Notes: generated by a model from the letters alone, not told the origin. Shown: positions 50,836-63,866, counted from the first letter of the stretch. The stretch is 64,000 nt of DNA from Camelus dromedarius (GCF_036321535.1 NC_087437.1:106704001-106768000), one strand, 5' to 3'. Translations and numbers: made by a program.

Positions 50836-52239
50836 AGAAAGAGAAAAGAAACATAAGCAAGAAGGTAGTAACAGGAGAAACTGTGTGCAGGGAATATTTA
50901 ACTATTATCTGGTCAATGTTTCTGTAAATATGGGACTATTCAAAAAACGAAGTCTATTACTTTAAAAATGATTAAAGGGAAAGAGTAGGGCTGTGATGTA
51001 CTGCAAAGTGAATGCTCTGCCCACCTGGCATTTTGCAGGCTGAAAAAACAATGGATTTGGCTTACAATGAAATCTGGCCCCCAGATGCCAAATTTGTAAC
51101 CCCTAGTCCAGTCAGCTTCCTTTATTTTTTGCTGATAATAGGATCCGAGTCCCATCATCGGTGAAAGGTTTACCAAAGCCACACAACCATCAACTGCAAA
51201 GTCAGGCCCCAGAAGCTGACTGCCTCCACTTCCAGACAACACTCTCTCCTTTCTAAGTAGCCTGTGCTGTGGGTGCGACGCTGTATCAGTGAATGTGACG
51301 GACAGTAGTGACCAGGACAGCCCATCTTTGCTCTTCAGTTTTAGATCTGTGTGAACAAACCAACACTGAAACTTACCACACAGGAAAAAAATTAAGGGAA
51401 CAGAACTCTAAACATAGCTATTACAGGAGCAATTGTAATCTTTGTCAAATATTTTTAAGAAACAAAGGAGCAACATAATTCTTTATCTTGCCATGAAGTT
51501 CACTGTAGCTAAAACTGGTTAGCAAAGAATAGTAGGCTTGTGGGGGTTTTGTTTTATTTTATTTTTTTACAGTGGTAATGAGGATAGAATAAAAAATCTG
51601 CAGATTATAAACATTGTTTGAATGTTACATGATGAGATATTTAAGTAGGAGTCAGAATGCAGGCGAATTCCTAACTTGGCCAAACTGTAGTTGTCATGAC
51701 TCTGGACGTGACAGAACCTGATGATAAAATCAGGAGAATGTTGGCTGTGATTGATACTTTGATGTTATTACTGAGCGTGAGATGAATTGATAGTCCTGTA
51801 AATGAGAAATGAGCATGGCATATGAACATAAAATAGATTTTTTAGAAGTGTTACTAATCTTTTAACATAGGAATGTTTTACATTAATCATCAGTTTGAAA
51901 ATTGACTGTTTTTATTTTGAAAAATTGGTTATAACTTTACAGACCTCTAAAAGTCAAGTATTGATTTTTTTAAAAGGCATACTTAATAGAAAATGTGTTT
52001 TTTCTTTAGTTTGGAATTTCACAGACTGGTCCAAGTTCCCATCTTCTTTCTCTTGTTTTAAAAATTGGTAATATTTTTGAGAACTTCCTATGGATTATCT
52101 CATTTAATCTTCAGTACAATCCTCATTGAGAAATTACTGTTTTATCGCTTTAAAGGTGTGGACGTTGAAGGAGACATAGCTAGTAAGGGCAAAACTGAGA
52201 CTTATGTATTTCTGTATTCTACTGATACGCTGTAGTTGT

Positions 52240-52600
52240 TTATAAAAATGAAAAACTGATCATGTCACACATACTTAACACCCTGCAAGGGCTTCCCATG
52301 TTACTCAGGAAAGTCTTCTTCTATGAAGCCTTGTCATCACCACCGTCCAGAGGAGATCAGGTGGCCTTGCTATATTTCTGTATAACAGATATCCCCATAA
52401 AATAAATATCTTGTGACTTTACAGCACTTACCACAAATCCAGTTGCATATTTGTTTGATTATCTATTCAGTGGCTGTGATGCCATAGTCTGTAAGCTCCC
52501 CCAGGACAGAGACCATACAGTTAACTCGTTGTTGCCTCTCCAGCACCTAGAACGGTCTCTGAGACATAGTAGACGATGGAGAATATTCACTGAAGGAGTA
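52240..52600 (+). mobile_element. L2 fragment
   Basis: ctgatcatgtcac...tgtaagctcccccaggacagagacc...cagcacctagaacggtctctgagacatagtag. Confidence 0.65.
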
Positions 52601-52930
52601 ACTGATAAAGGGAAATCTATTTAAACAGGATAGCACGGCATTTAAATAGAATACTTTGGACTACTTTCCTTACTCTGTAGTCCATGTGGGGGACTGTCCT
52701 ATATAGTAAGACTTTGTCACTTTCAGAATTAAACATCTTTGGGTAGAGTCCTAGGGTTCTGGACTGAAATCTCTTCTTCACTCAGTGATAGGAAAAGGAA
52801 TCTAAGTATATCAAAGTTTGTTGTACATATTTTTCTACTTACTGTTTTTTTTCTGGCACTGCCACACCAAGAAATATCTGATTGTTGTCATCATTGTCTT
52901 TCCTATTATCTAATTTGGTTTTGGTTGTTT

Positions 52931-53680
52931 ACTTTTTTATTATGGGAATTTTCAAATATACATATATTTTCATATATACATATATTCAAATATATATATA
53001 TTTGAAAATTCCCATAAATTCCCATAAAATAACTTTTTATTATGGGAATTTTCAAATATATACATACATATTTGTGCATACATATGTATATTTGACAATC
53101 ATAATAAAAAAGTATAGATAGATATACATATCTTTACATATCTGTCTATATATAGAGACAGGAGTAAAATAAACCCTATATACCAATTATCTAACTTCAG
53201 CACTTATTAATATATGGCCATTCTTGTTTCATCAATAACTTTTGGGCGGGGGAGTAATTTATTTATTTATTTTTAGAGGAGGTACAGGGTATCGAACCCA
53301 GGACCTTGAAAATGCTAAGCATGTGCCCTACCACTTGAGCTCTACCCTCCCCCCTCATTTCATCAATACCTTCATCCATTTCCACTTCCATATTGTTTGA
53401 AAGCAATTCTCAGACATATCTCATGGTAAATATTTCAGTATTTCAATATGTATCTCTGTATGAAAAGGACTCTTAAGTATAATACAACATAATACCATTA
53501 TCCAAAAATTTGATATTTCTTTACTATCATCAAATACCTTATCAGAGTTCACATTTCCCCAACTGCCTTATAGAATTTAAAAATTAGTTTTCAGTTTATT
53601 TAAATTGCGTTCCAAATAAGACCCACCCATTGCAATTAGTTGGTATCTCATCTAAACTATAGAATTCCTTTCTATCTCTT
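52931..53680 (-). mobile_element. Old L1M(E) 3' end
   Basis: ttttattatgggaattttcaaatata...gaaagcaattctcagacat...aataccattat...gttcacatttcccc. Confidence 0.6.
53238..53353 (-). mobile_element. vic-1-like camelid SINE
   Basis: Head ggggagggtagagctcaagtggtagggcacatgcttagc...ctgggttcgatacc; TSD cttgtttcatcaata (53223-53237)/ctcatttcatcaata (53354-53368). Confidence 0.85.
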
Positions 53681-54764
53681 TTATTTTCTCGAGTATTACG
53701 TAGAGTCATATAAATCATTCTCACTTTAGAAAGAAATAGTTTAGCCAATAATATTTACCCAAAGTTAATTCCATGTTTGTACTCACCCTGAAGAATTTTT
53801 GGTTCTTATTAAATAACTAGTGTTCCTAGTTATTACTTGTAGCATCTTAATTTAGAAATTGGATAAAATGATTCTTGTCAAATTCCGTATGATCTAGCAT
53901 CAGGCATTTGTAGCCAGGATGAAGGGAGCAAGAATTTTGTGAAGAAAAAAAAAGGTTCCCCTTCAATACATTGGGTAAAACTTTCCCACTAGCTTCTTAT
54001 TTTGGCTATTCTATGGCTGATGGGAAGGACTAAAGAAAAATGTGAATTATCCAAAGGGAGATTCATGACTGTATTTTAAAATATCAGAGCTAATAGGACT
54101 TTTAATGTTTTCTGTACTGTTGACTGAAGCAGAGTATGAATGGGTGATGGAGTAACTTGCAAAATGCAGGAATAAATCTGTCTAGTCCGAGAAGCTCACC
54201 AGAGTGCAAGATATAATCGCAAATATTTCCTCCTCTGAGAACTGCAAGAGGAGTTTAGTGATTGAGAGAAGGCAGAATAAAATAAATATTTTCAAGAATA
54301 TTTTCAAAAGATTTCATGTTATGGTGTTTGGATATTGTATATTTGCTTTGTCTGGGTAGCTGACATCTCCCATTTTTCAAAATCTGTGTATGGGTTGGTT
54401 TGTACTAATCAACTCCCTTATCACACCCATCCATTTATCATGTTCAGGATTGTTTATCCTTGGATTTTTTTTTTTTTTTTGAGGATTCCCTTTACTTATT
54501 CTGGTTCCAGAACACAATGCCTTGAATAAACAGAATCTGCTACTGACTCATTACGAGCAGCTTTTCTAGCGGCAGTAAAGGGATGATTCTTAAATTAAAA
54601 TCCATCATATCCGTGACAACTTGTCAGGTTCCAGCTGTGGCTCTGAAATTAAGCAAAGGGCGTCTCCTATATAAACATCAGATACTGAACACTGAGGATG
54701 GAGTTCTAGTCAATTCACTCACTCATTTAGCTTATACTTAGTAATAAGCCCTTATGTTCTAGGT

Positions 54765-55095
54765 CAGTGGTTCTCTGACTTGGCTGCAAATTACAATTAC
54801 TTGTTAATCTTAAACCAAGATGAAATAGTGATGCTTGAGTTTCTTGCTCTTGAGAATCTGGTTTAATTTTTCTGAATAGGGACTGAGCATCTATCTATTT
54901 AAAAGCTTCCTGTGTTTCCAGAGGGGAGGGCATAGCTCAGTGGTAGAGTGCATTCCCAGAATGCACGAGGTCCTGGGTTCAATCCCCAGTGCCTCCATTA
55001 AAAAGTAAACAAACAAACAAACCTAATTACTGCCCCCACCAAATATATTTAAAAACTCCCTGTGTTTCCAACATGGAGCAGGTCTGAGCACAGTT
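54765..55095. mobile_element. MER5A-like element split by SINE
   Basis: cagtggttctctgacttggctgca...gaatctggtttaatt...aaaagcttcc [SINE] ...caggtctgagcacagttg. Confidence 0.65.
54921..55050 (+). mobile_element. vic-1-like camelid tRNA-derived SINE
   Basis: A-box tagctcagtgg, B-box ggttcaatccc, tail aaacctaattactgccccc; 20-bp TSD aaaagcttcctgtgtttcca/aaaaactccctgtgtttcca at a TT|AAAA site. Confidence 0.9.
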
Positions 55096-56979
55096 GTTCT
55101 AGATACTGGATACGATGGAAAACCGTGAAGATGATGACCTCGCTCACAGGAAACTTAAGTTCTGGTGTGAAAAAGGAGGACCATAAATGGATGGACAAGA
55201 TGAATTCATATAGTGTTAATTTCACCAGGTAGAAATAGAGGGAAATTATAGAAAGGTACTGAGGGGGAGAAAAATAGTAGAAAAAGTACTCAAAGGAATC
55301 CCTTTTGGGAGAGGTGAGAATTGAATAGGAACTTGAATGGGTTCATTACGCTCAAAAGAAGAGCAGAGAAGGAGAGCTATTTTTTAAAGCTTGGTCAAAA
55401 TATGTAAATTTCATCTATTTTAGGAATAAGCAGTTAATTTTTGTCAGAAAGTTAAGATCCAGGACTGGAAATGTTAGTAGTTTAATTTTATTGGACACTT
55501 ACCTTATGTCAGGCACTGTGCTAGGCACTGGGGGTACAAAGATGAATAAGGCCCAAGAAACTTTCAATATAGTGCTGCATAAATCAACAAACTTGACATG
55601 ACGTGGCCTGTGCTAACATAGAGGTAATGACGGGAAGGAGCTCTCTGACCCACCAGTGGGTTTCAGGCTCCCTGTAACACATTCCAGGGGCTACTCATTC
55701 AGTCTGTTTTCTATTTAGCACTTATTTTTACCTCAGTTTTGACTTCTGCCTTTCATATTTTAGAAAGCTGGTTCTAAATGAAAGATAGAGCTGACATTGG
55801 TTAAGCAATTGCACTCATCTTAGTGTAGACTTGATCGATTGAGTAATTTAGTGTAAGAACATTGGCTTCTCTTTTACTGTGAACTCTGCTAGGCACAGTA
55901 GAGATTCAAAGTTAATAAGATGTAGTTAGTTACTCAGTTGAATTTTAGGAAAAACAGGTAAAACAGAAAAGAGCGTAATCACTCATGATGCAAAATTGTG
56001 AGTGCTATAATGAGGTATGCAACAGTGTGGGGGGAGTGGAGGGGGAAGTGAAGAACTTAAAATGATAATAACCCTTGTTGAGATCCAGGGTACCTCAAGG
56101 GACTAGTGCTAGCTCTATTCATATTTTTTTCTACAAGATGATGTGACCAAAATAAAGTGGGTTTTGATGAGACCTCACTATCAAGCTGATAAATTAGGTC
56201 ACTAGTCGATTATTTAAGAACGCCTTGGGAGACTGTTAAAGGAATGTTTACCTTTAAATAATCAGTGTATTCATTCTGATTTTCTTTTCTAGGTTGTCTT
56301 TTCTTTTTGTTGCACTTTACTTTCACTTCAGAAGCAATTCTGTGTGATTTTTTAATGGTTCGTTAACACCCCTAAGTACCATTTTGCTTTTGGCTTTTAC
56401 AGAAACCATGAATGGACTTAACAGAGAAATAAGTACAGATGAAAACAGAAGTGGAATAATAATAGTAATTGCACAACACCTTTTCTGCCTAGTTTAAAGC
56501 ATCTTGTGAAATACAAATCAGGATACTGAGAATCCCCAGTGGGAAGGTGACAAAAAATCATAACCTTCTTTTAGAGAGGGAGTTTCCCCTGAGAATCTGT
56601 GGAAAATAGAAGTGAAGTGATATGATCATTTTATAGCTACCCTAAAAATTATCCTTGAGGGACGTGTCTTCTTGTGCTCAACCACATTTTTCATACAGTG
56701 ACTGCTGGCTGTGGACACATTCATCACTTACTACAATAACAGCAAACCTTCAGGAAGTATTTGCAATTATCATTCAGCATTTCGGTAAGTGGTGCACCTC
56801 CAGTTTGGATCTCAGCTTTACTACCAAAAGGTTTACCTGTTTTACTTGTGGTTATTCTGCATTTAATATTTAATCCTACTTTTCTACCAGTTGATTTTCC
56901 CCTACCAAACTGACTGTAAGAGTGATGTGGGCAGGGAACTCTATCCTAACACACAGCTTGGTTTTAAGAACGTAGTATT

Positions 56980-57875
56980 TTTTTTTTCACCTTTATTGAG
57001 GTATAATTGACACACAGGAATTGTGTATATTAAGGAGTACAACTTGGTGTTTTGATATATGTATACGTTGTGCAATGATCACCACAATCAAACTAATTAA
57101 GATATCTATAACCCCGCATAGTTACCAACTCTTTCCTTCCTTCCTTTCTCCTTCATTTCCTCCTCCCTCCTACCTTCCTTGCATCTCTGTTTCTTTGTCT
57201 ATCTTTTTATGCTGCGAATACTTCAAATCTACCCTTTTAGCAATTTTCAAGTAATCAGTGGCAGTATTAACTGTAGTCACCATGCTGTACAATAGCTCTT
57301 GTGAACTCATTCATTTGCATAAATGAAACGATATCCTTTAATCAGTATCTTTCCATTCTCCATTTCCCCCTCCACCCCCTGCCCCTGAAAACCACCATTC
57401 TATCTCTGCTTTTATGAGCTCAACTATTTTAGATTCCACATGTAAGGGAGATCATCGAGTTTTTGTCTTTTTGTCCCTGGCTTGCTTCACTTAGGATAAT
57501 GTTCTCCAGTTTCATCCATGCTGTCTCAAATGGCAGGATTTCCTTCTTTTTTATGACTGAAAAGTATTGCCTCCATATATAGATACTACATTTTCTTTCT
57601 TTGTTTATCCGTCCACGACCACTTAGTTTGTTTCCATATCTTGGCTACTTAAAGTAATACAGCAATGAACATGGGAATGCAAGTATCATTTCTAAATGCA
57701 CATTTCGTTTTCTTTGGATATATATCCTGAAGTGTAGTTGCTAGATGATATGGTAGTTCTATTTTTAATTTTTTGAGGAACTCAATGCTGTTTTCTATAG
57801 TGGCTGCACCAGTTTATATTCCCATCGACAGTGCACAAGGGGTTCCTTTTCTTTATATCTTCACCAATACTTATC
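56980..57875 (-). mobile_element. L1MA-like 3' end (about 0.9 kb)
   Basis: ctttattgaggtataattgac...ttagattccacatgtaag...ggtagttctatttttaattttttgaggaa. Confidence 0.88.
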
Positions 57876-60800
57876 TTTTTAAATTAACATATAATTGACA
57901 CAACAATATGTTAGCTTTATGTGTACCACATAATGATTTGATATATGTATATATCACTAAATGATCACCATAGTAAAGTCTAGTCAACATTCATCACCAC
58001 ACAGTTACAGTTATTTTTCCTGTGATGCAAACTTTTAAGATTTACTCTTAGCAACTTTCAAATATATGATACAGTATTATTAATATAGTCACTATACTGT
58101 ACATTATATCTCCAGGACTTAGTTATTTTGTTACTGAAAGTTTGTACCTTTTGATTACTTTACCCCTTTCAACTATCCCCCACCCCTAGCTCTGGCAACC
58201 ACCAATCTATTCTCTGTTTCCATGAGTTCTTTTTTTTTTCTTTTTCCTTCAAGATTCCACCTATAAGTGGGATCAAACAGTATTTCTCTTCCTCTGTCTG
58301 ACTCATTTTACTTAGCATCATGATTTCAAGGTCCATCCACATTCTTGCAAATGGCAGGCTTTTTCTCTTTTTAATGGCTAAATAATATTAAATTGCATAA
58401 AGATATCACAGTTTCTTTATCCAGTCATTCATCAATGGATGCTTAGGTTGTTTTCGTGTCTTGGCTATTGTAAATAATTCTACAATAAAAATGGAGGTGC
58501 AGATATCTTTTTGAGTTAGTGTTTCTTCTTATTTCAGGTAAATACCCAGAAGTGGAATTGCTGGATCATATAGTAGTTTCATTTTTAATTTTTTAGGAAC
58601 CTCTTAACATAGTGGCTGCATCAATTTACATTTCCACCAACAGGGTAGAAGGGTTCCCTTTTATCCACATCCTCACCACACTTGTTATATTTTTTCTTTC
58701 TGATAATGGACATTTTAATAGGTGTGAGTGATATGTCATTGTGGTTTTGATTTGCATTTCCCTTATGACTAGTGATGTTAAGTAGGAATTAGTGATTTTC
58801 AGGTACTTTTGGTCACTTGTATGTCTTCTTTTGAGACATGTTTATTCAAGTTTTTTGCCTAGTTTTTAATTAGTTTTTTTTTTTTTTTTGCTGTTGAGTT
58901 GTATGAATTATATATTTTGCTTTTTAACTTCTTATCAGATATATGGCTGCAAATATTTTCTCTCATTCAGTAGGTTCCCTTTTTATTTTGTTGATTCTTT
59001 TCTTTGCTATGCAGAAGCTTTTTAGTTTAATGTAATCCCACTGGCTTATTTTTGCTTTTGTTGTCTGTGCTTTTGGTGCTATAACTGGAAACTCATTGCC
59101 AAGTCCAGTATCAAGAAGCTTTCCCTCTATGTTTTCTTCTAGTAGTTTTATATTTTTAGGCCTTATCTTTAAGTTTTTAATCCATTTTGAGTTGATTTTT
59201 CTTTATGTTGTGTGATAAAGGTCCGATTTAGTTCTTCTGCATATGGAGTTGCAGTTTTCCAGACATCATTTATTGAAGAGACTATTCTCTCTCCATTGTG
59301 TGTTCTTGGCACCCTTATCAAAGACCCAGTAATCATAAGTATGTAGATTTTATTTCTGGGTTCTTTGTTCTATTCCATTAGTCTATATGTTTGTTTTTAT
59401 GCTGGTACTATGCTGTTTTGATTTTTGTAGCTTTGCAATATATTTTGAAATCAGGAAGTGTGATGCTTCCAGCTTTGTTCTTCTTGCTCAAGATTGCTTT
59501 GCTTATTTGTTCTTTAAATAGTGCCATTGGGATTTTGATAGCCATAAATCTGTAGATCACTTTTTGTAGTATAGATCTTTTAACAATATTAATTTTTCCA
59601 GTTCAAGAGTGTGTGATATATTTCTATTTATCCATGTCTTTAATTTTGTTCATCAGTATTTTATAGTTTTAAATGTACAAATCTTTCACTTCTTTCGTTA
59701 AGTTCATTCCTAACTATTTTATTGTTTTTTGTTGATATTACAAATTGTTTTCTAAATTTCCTTTCTGGATAGTTTGTTGTTCATATATAGAAACATCACT
59801 GTTCTCTTTTGCATGCTGATTTTGTATTCTGCAAGTTTGCTGAATTCATTTGTTAGCTCTAACAGATTTTTTTTTTTTTTGGTTATTGTTGTTGAGTCTT
59901 TAGGGTTTCCAGTATATAAAATCATATCTGCAGGGATAAACTTACTTCTTCCTTTCTCATTTGGATGCCTTTTATTTATTTATTTTTTCTTATCTCATTC
60001 CTCTGGCCAAGACTTCCAGAACTATGTGTTGAATAGAATTGTGAGTGAGAGCCTTGCCTTATACCAGATATTAGAGAAAAAGCTTCCAGTGTTTCACCAT
60101 TGATTATGATATTAGTGGTGGGCCATTTTGTGTATGTCCTTTATTGTGTTAAGCACAGTTCCGTCTGTACTTATTTTGTTGAGAGATCTTTTTTCATGAA
60201 TGGATATTAAATTTTGTCAAGTGCTTTTTCTGTGTCTATTGAGATAATCATGTGATTTAAAAATGTTTTTAATTGAAGTACAGTTGATTTACAATGTGTT
60301 AGTTTCAGGTGTACAGCAAAGTGATTCAGTTATACATACATATATATATTCTTTTTCAGTTCTTTTCCATTATAGGTTATTATAAGATATTGAATATAGT
60401 TTCCTGTGCTATACAGTAGGTCCTTGTTGTGTATCTATTTAATATATAGTAATGTGTATATGTTAATCCTAAACTCCTAATTTATCCCTCCCTCATCCTT
60501 TTCCCTTTGGTAACCATAGTTCATTTTCTATGTCTGTGAGTCTATTTCTGGTTTGTAAATAAGTTCATTTCCATCATTTTTAAAAATATTCCATATATAA
60601 ATGCTATCATATGATACTTGTCTGACTTAATTCATTTAATATGATAATCTCTAGGTCCATCCATGTTGCTGTATACTAAAAATAGAGTTGCCATATGATC
60701 CAGCAATCCCACTCCTGTGCATGTATCTGGAGAAAACTCTAACTCAAAAAGATATATGCACCCCAGTGTTTGTAAAAGCACTATTTACAATAGCCAAGAC

Positions 60801-61665
60801 TTGAAAGCAACATAATGTCCATTGACAAGATGAATGGATAAATGTATATATATATATATATATATATATATCTCCACCACACATACATATCTATATCTAT
60901 ATCTATATCTGTGCCACATATACAGAAATATATACACCACATCTTCTTTATCCATCATATATCTATATATATACACAATGGAATTGTGGTGTGTGTGTTT
61001 ATATATACTATATTATATATAGTATATATATATAATGGAATATAACTCAGCCATAAAAAATGAACTAATGCCATTTGCAGCAACTTGTATGGACCTAGAG
61101 ATTATCATATTAAGTGAAGTAAGGTCATGTGACTTTTGTCTTTCATTTTGTTATGTGCTGTATCACATTGATTGATTTGCATATATTGAAACATCCTTGC
61201 ATCCCAGGGATACATCCCACTTGATCATGGTCTATAATTCTTTTAATGTAATGTTGAATTTGGTTTTTTAGTATTTTATTGAAGATCTTTGCATCTATGA
61301 TCACTAGGGATATTGGCCTGTAGTTTTTTTTTTTTTTTTTTTCTTGTGGTCTCTTTGGCTTTGGTATAAGGGTGGTGCTGGCTTTATTAAACGAGTTTGG
61401 AAGTTCTGTTCTTTCTTTTGGAATAATTTTAAAAGGGTTGGTATATCTGACTGTTTGGTATAATTCACCAATGAAGACATCTGGCTCTGAATTTTTCTTT
61501 GTTGAAAGGATTTTTATTACAGATTCAATCTCCTTGTTATTGGTCTGTTCAGGCTTTCTATTTACTCTTAACTCTGTCTTGGTAGGTTGTATGTTTCTAG
61601 GAATTTATCCATTTCTTGTAGGTTATCCATTTTGTTAACACATACTTGTTGATAATAGTCTTATA
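57876..61665 (-). mobile_element. L1MA-like element (3'UTR plus ORF2)
   Basis: Second L1 3' end followed by continuous antisense ORF2 sequence, interrupted at 60259-61123. Confidence 0.9.
60259..61123 (-). mobile_element. Younger L1 with 5' inversion, nested in L1
   Basis: Antisense 3' part about 60266-60671; sense part 60675-61123 (LKIELPYDPAIPLL); TSD tcatgtgattt (60248-60258)/tcatgtgactt (61125-61135). Confidence 0.85.
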
Positions 61666-62715
61666 CCTATGAAAATGTCTAGCCACAAAGTGGGGCTTTG
61701 TGGTAGCCCCAATTGATGCAGACTGCATGGAATTTAATCATTACATTTTCCTGTTCAGCATTCAGAACCTACCTTCTAGGACTATAGTTTCTTGAAATGG
61801 AGAACATTATGTAGTTGGTGTTATTTTCTTCATGTTGAGAACTAAAGCATATTATGTACTCACAGTTTCTCTTTCTTATTTTTTAGCAAGACAGTTTTCC
61901 ATCTTGTTCAGATTATTACTTGATCCCAAATCTATAATTTTTTTTCCTGTGAAAGAGAGTGAATCTTTGTCATGAACTTTTTATTGCCTGCCTTCATTTC
62001 CTACAGATCAAGTGAGATCATTTGGGTGAGGTTCATCCCACAGAAACAACTGTTTTGTTCAGTTCATTGCAAAATCTCAATCTTGTTTTTTTACTTGATA
62101 CATTTAAGTTACTATTTCATTTGTTTTGAAGGAGATTAAAAGTAAAGTGAAGAAAGATGCAACTAATGGAGATTTTGAGGCCAAGTTTTTTTAGAAACAC
62201 TTCATTAAGGAGTAAAACAAGCAAATAATATGTTTCTCTCTAGACTTCAAATGCTAAAACTAATGGCTTATGTAAGAATAGGTTTCAGATTTAAATCTAG
62301 TGATCAGTATTGAGAGCATAATATCAAGCTTTTACCTTTCACCATAGTGAGCTAAATGCCAAAAATTTACTTTCAAACATGAACATGAAACAAAAGCCTT
62401 AACTTCAATAAGCAATTGACATTTGCAAAAGAAGAAGCAAGGCTACACACAATTCATCCATTTATTTATCAAGGACACAATATGCACTCAGATGGATTTG
62501 TTAGAGATTTCCCGACCTTGAATGTGACTTGGGTTCATTTTGACATATAATGCTTTACAATGTCAGGAAGAAAAACAACACTCACCCTGCAGAATTTTCA
62601 TTTTGTACTTTTCTCTGTCTTGATTTCCCTTCTCTCACTGTTTTCTAGACTTATTTTTCAGGATTTGTTTTAAAGCTCTCCTCTTCTAGAAAGATCTTGA
62701 AATCTAACATTCTAT

Positions 62716-63150
62716 GGCAGATACTGTGGGTGCTCATTCAACAGCACCCTCCTGCCCTGCCTTTCCATACCATAGAGGCTTCAAAGAGGAACACTTGACT
62801 GGCCAGTTTCCCTTGCATCTAGAAGTGGCCATGTGATAAAGTGAGAACTAGTGAAATACAGAGAACAGTCTCACTATGAGATGCCATCTGCCTTCTCTTC
62901 CCACTCCTTTTTCCTTCTTGGATTGTGCAAATGATACCAGTAAGTCCAGAAGTCATTTTTTGACCCTGAAGACAACAGTCACATACTAAAGATGGCAGAG
63001 CTATCATATGAAAGGAGCCTCGTTCCTTGAAAACATAATTTTACAAATACACTAGCCCTGGACCATCTCCTTTTCAATTTTTTTTTCCTGTGAGATGAAA
63101 ATAAATTATTTAAACTACTGTATTTTTTTTCCTATTCACAGCCAAATACA
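62716..63150 (+). mobile_element. MLT1 (H/I/J-like) LTR
   Basis: tggcagatactgtggg...cccttgcatctagaagtggccatgtga...ctaaagatggcagagc...gaaaggagcct. Confidence 0.65.
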
Positions 63151-63800
63151 TTTAACCAACGCACTCTTTAATCCATCCATTACAGACTGGGTTGAATTCA
63201 GAGCTCAACTTTCCCTAAGTGTAGAATTTAGGAAAAATTCAGTGGGTTAGATATTCTCCCTCTTTCCTTCCTCTTTTTCCCTTATCGCCTTCCAGTTCAA
63301 ATTCTGCTATTAGTACTACCATTAGAACTTAATAGAATACATTTCTCTGCATTTCTTCTCTTAAGATGTGTTATATATTTTTTGAGGATATCTATAATTA
63401 TGTATGATAATATTTTCATGAAGCGTTATGCAATCCTCAAAAAAGTATGCTCACCATCTTTATGCCTTGATGGTTGATTTTATGTCACACTGGAAGGATG
63501 AATCTCTAAGACTTGAAAGGTATTACAGAAGAAATATGAATACATATATGAATGTGTATATTTTCAAAATACTTTGTGTTTACAGTTACCACATTGCCTG
63601 TGGGTTTCTTTGGAGATGATAAGTTAATATTAGTTGAATATTTGTCCAAATAACAATGAATCTTGGTGGTGTAGAATAAACATTTCAAAGACCATGGCTC
63701 AGATTGTCGTTTTACTCTAGTAAGCACGTGAGGGAACTTGAGGAGTTGTTTAAACTTATAACTTATAAACATAAATATAAATATTTGACTTAGTCTTTTC

Positions 63801-63866
63801 AGTATGCTGTTATGAGAATCAGTCAAGATAATCAGCATGTTGTTATAAGAATCAGTCAAGATAATC
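63801..63866. repeat. 33-bp tandem duplication (3 mismatches)
   Basis: agtatgctgttatgagaatcagtcaagataatc / agcatgttgttataagaatcagtcaagataatc. Confidence 0.9.

Noticed and set aside
28954..54620. RFX X-box-like motifs near 28955, 35711 and 54607
   Set aside because: Each has mismatches to the palindromic consensus and they are widely scattered
54923..54997. tRNA-Ala-like sequence
   Set aside because: It has a SINE tail, a TSD and two paralogous copies in the window, so it is a SINE head and not a tRNA gene
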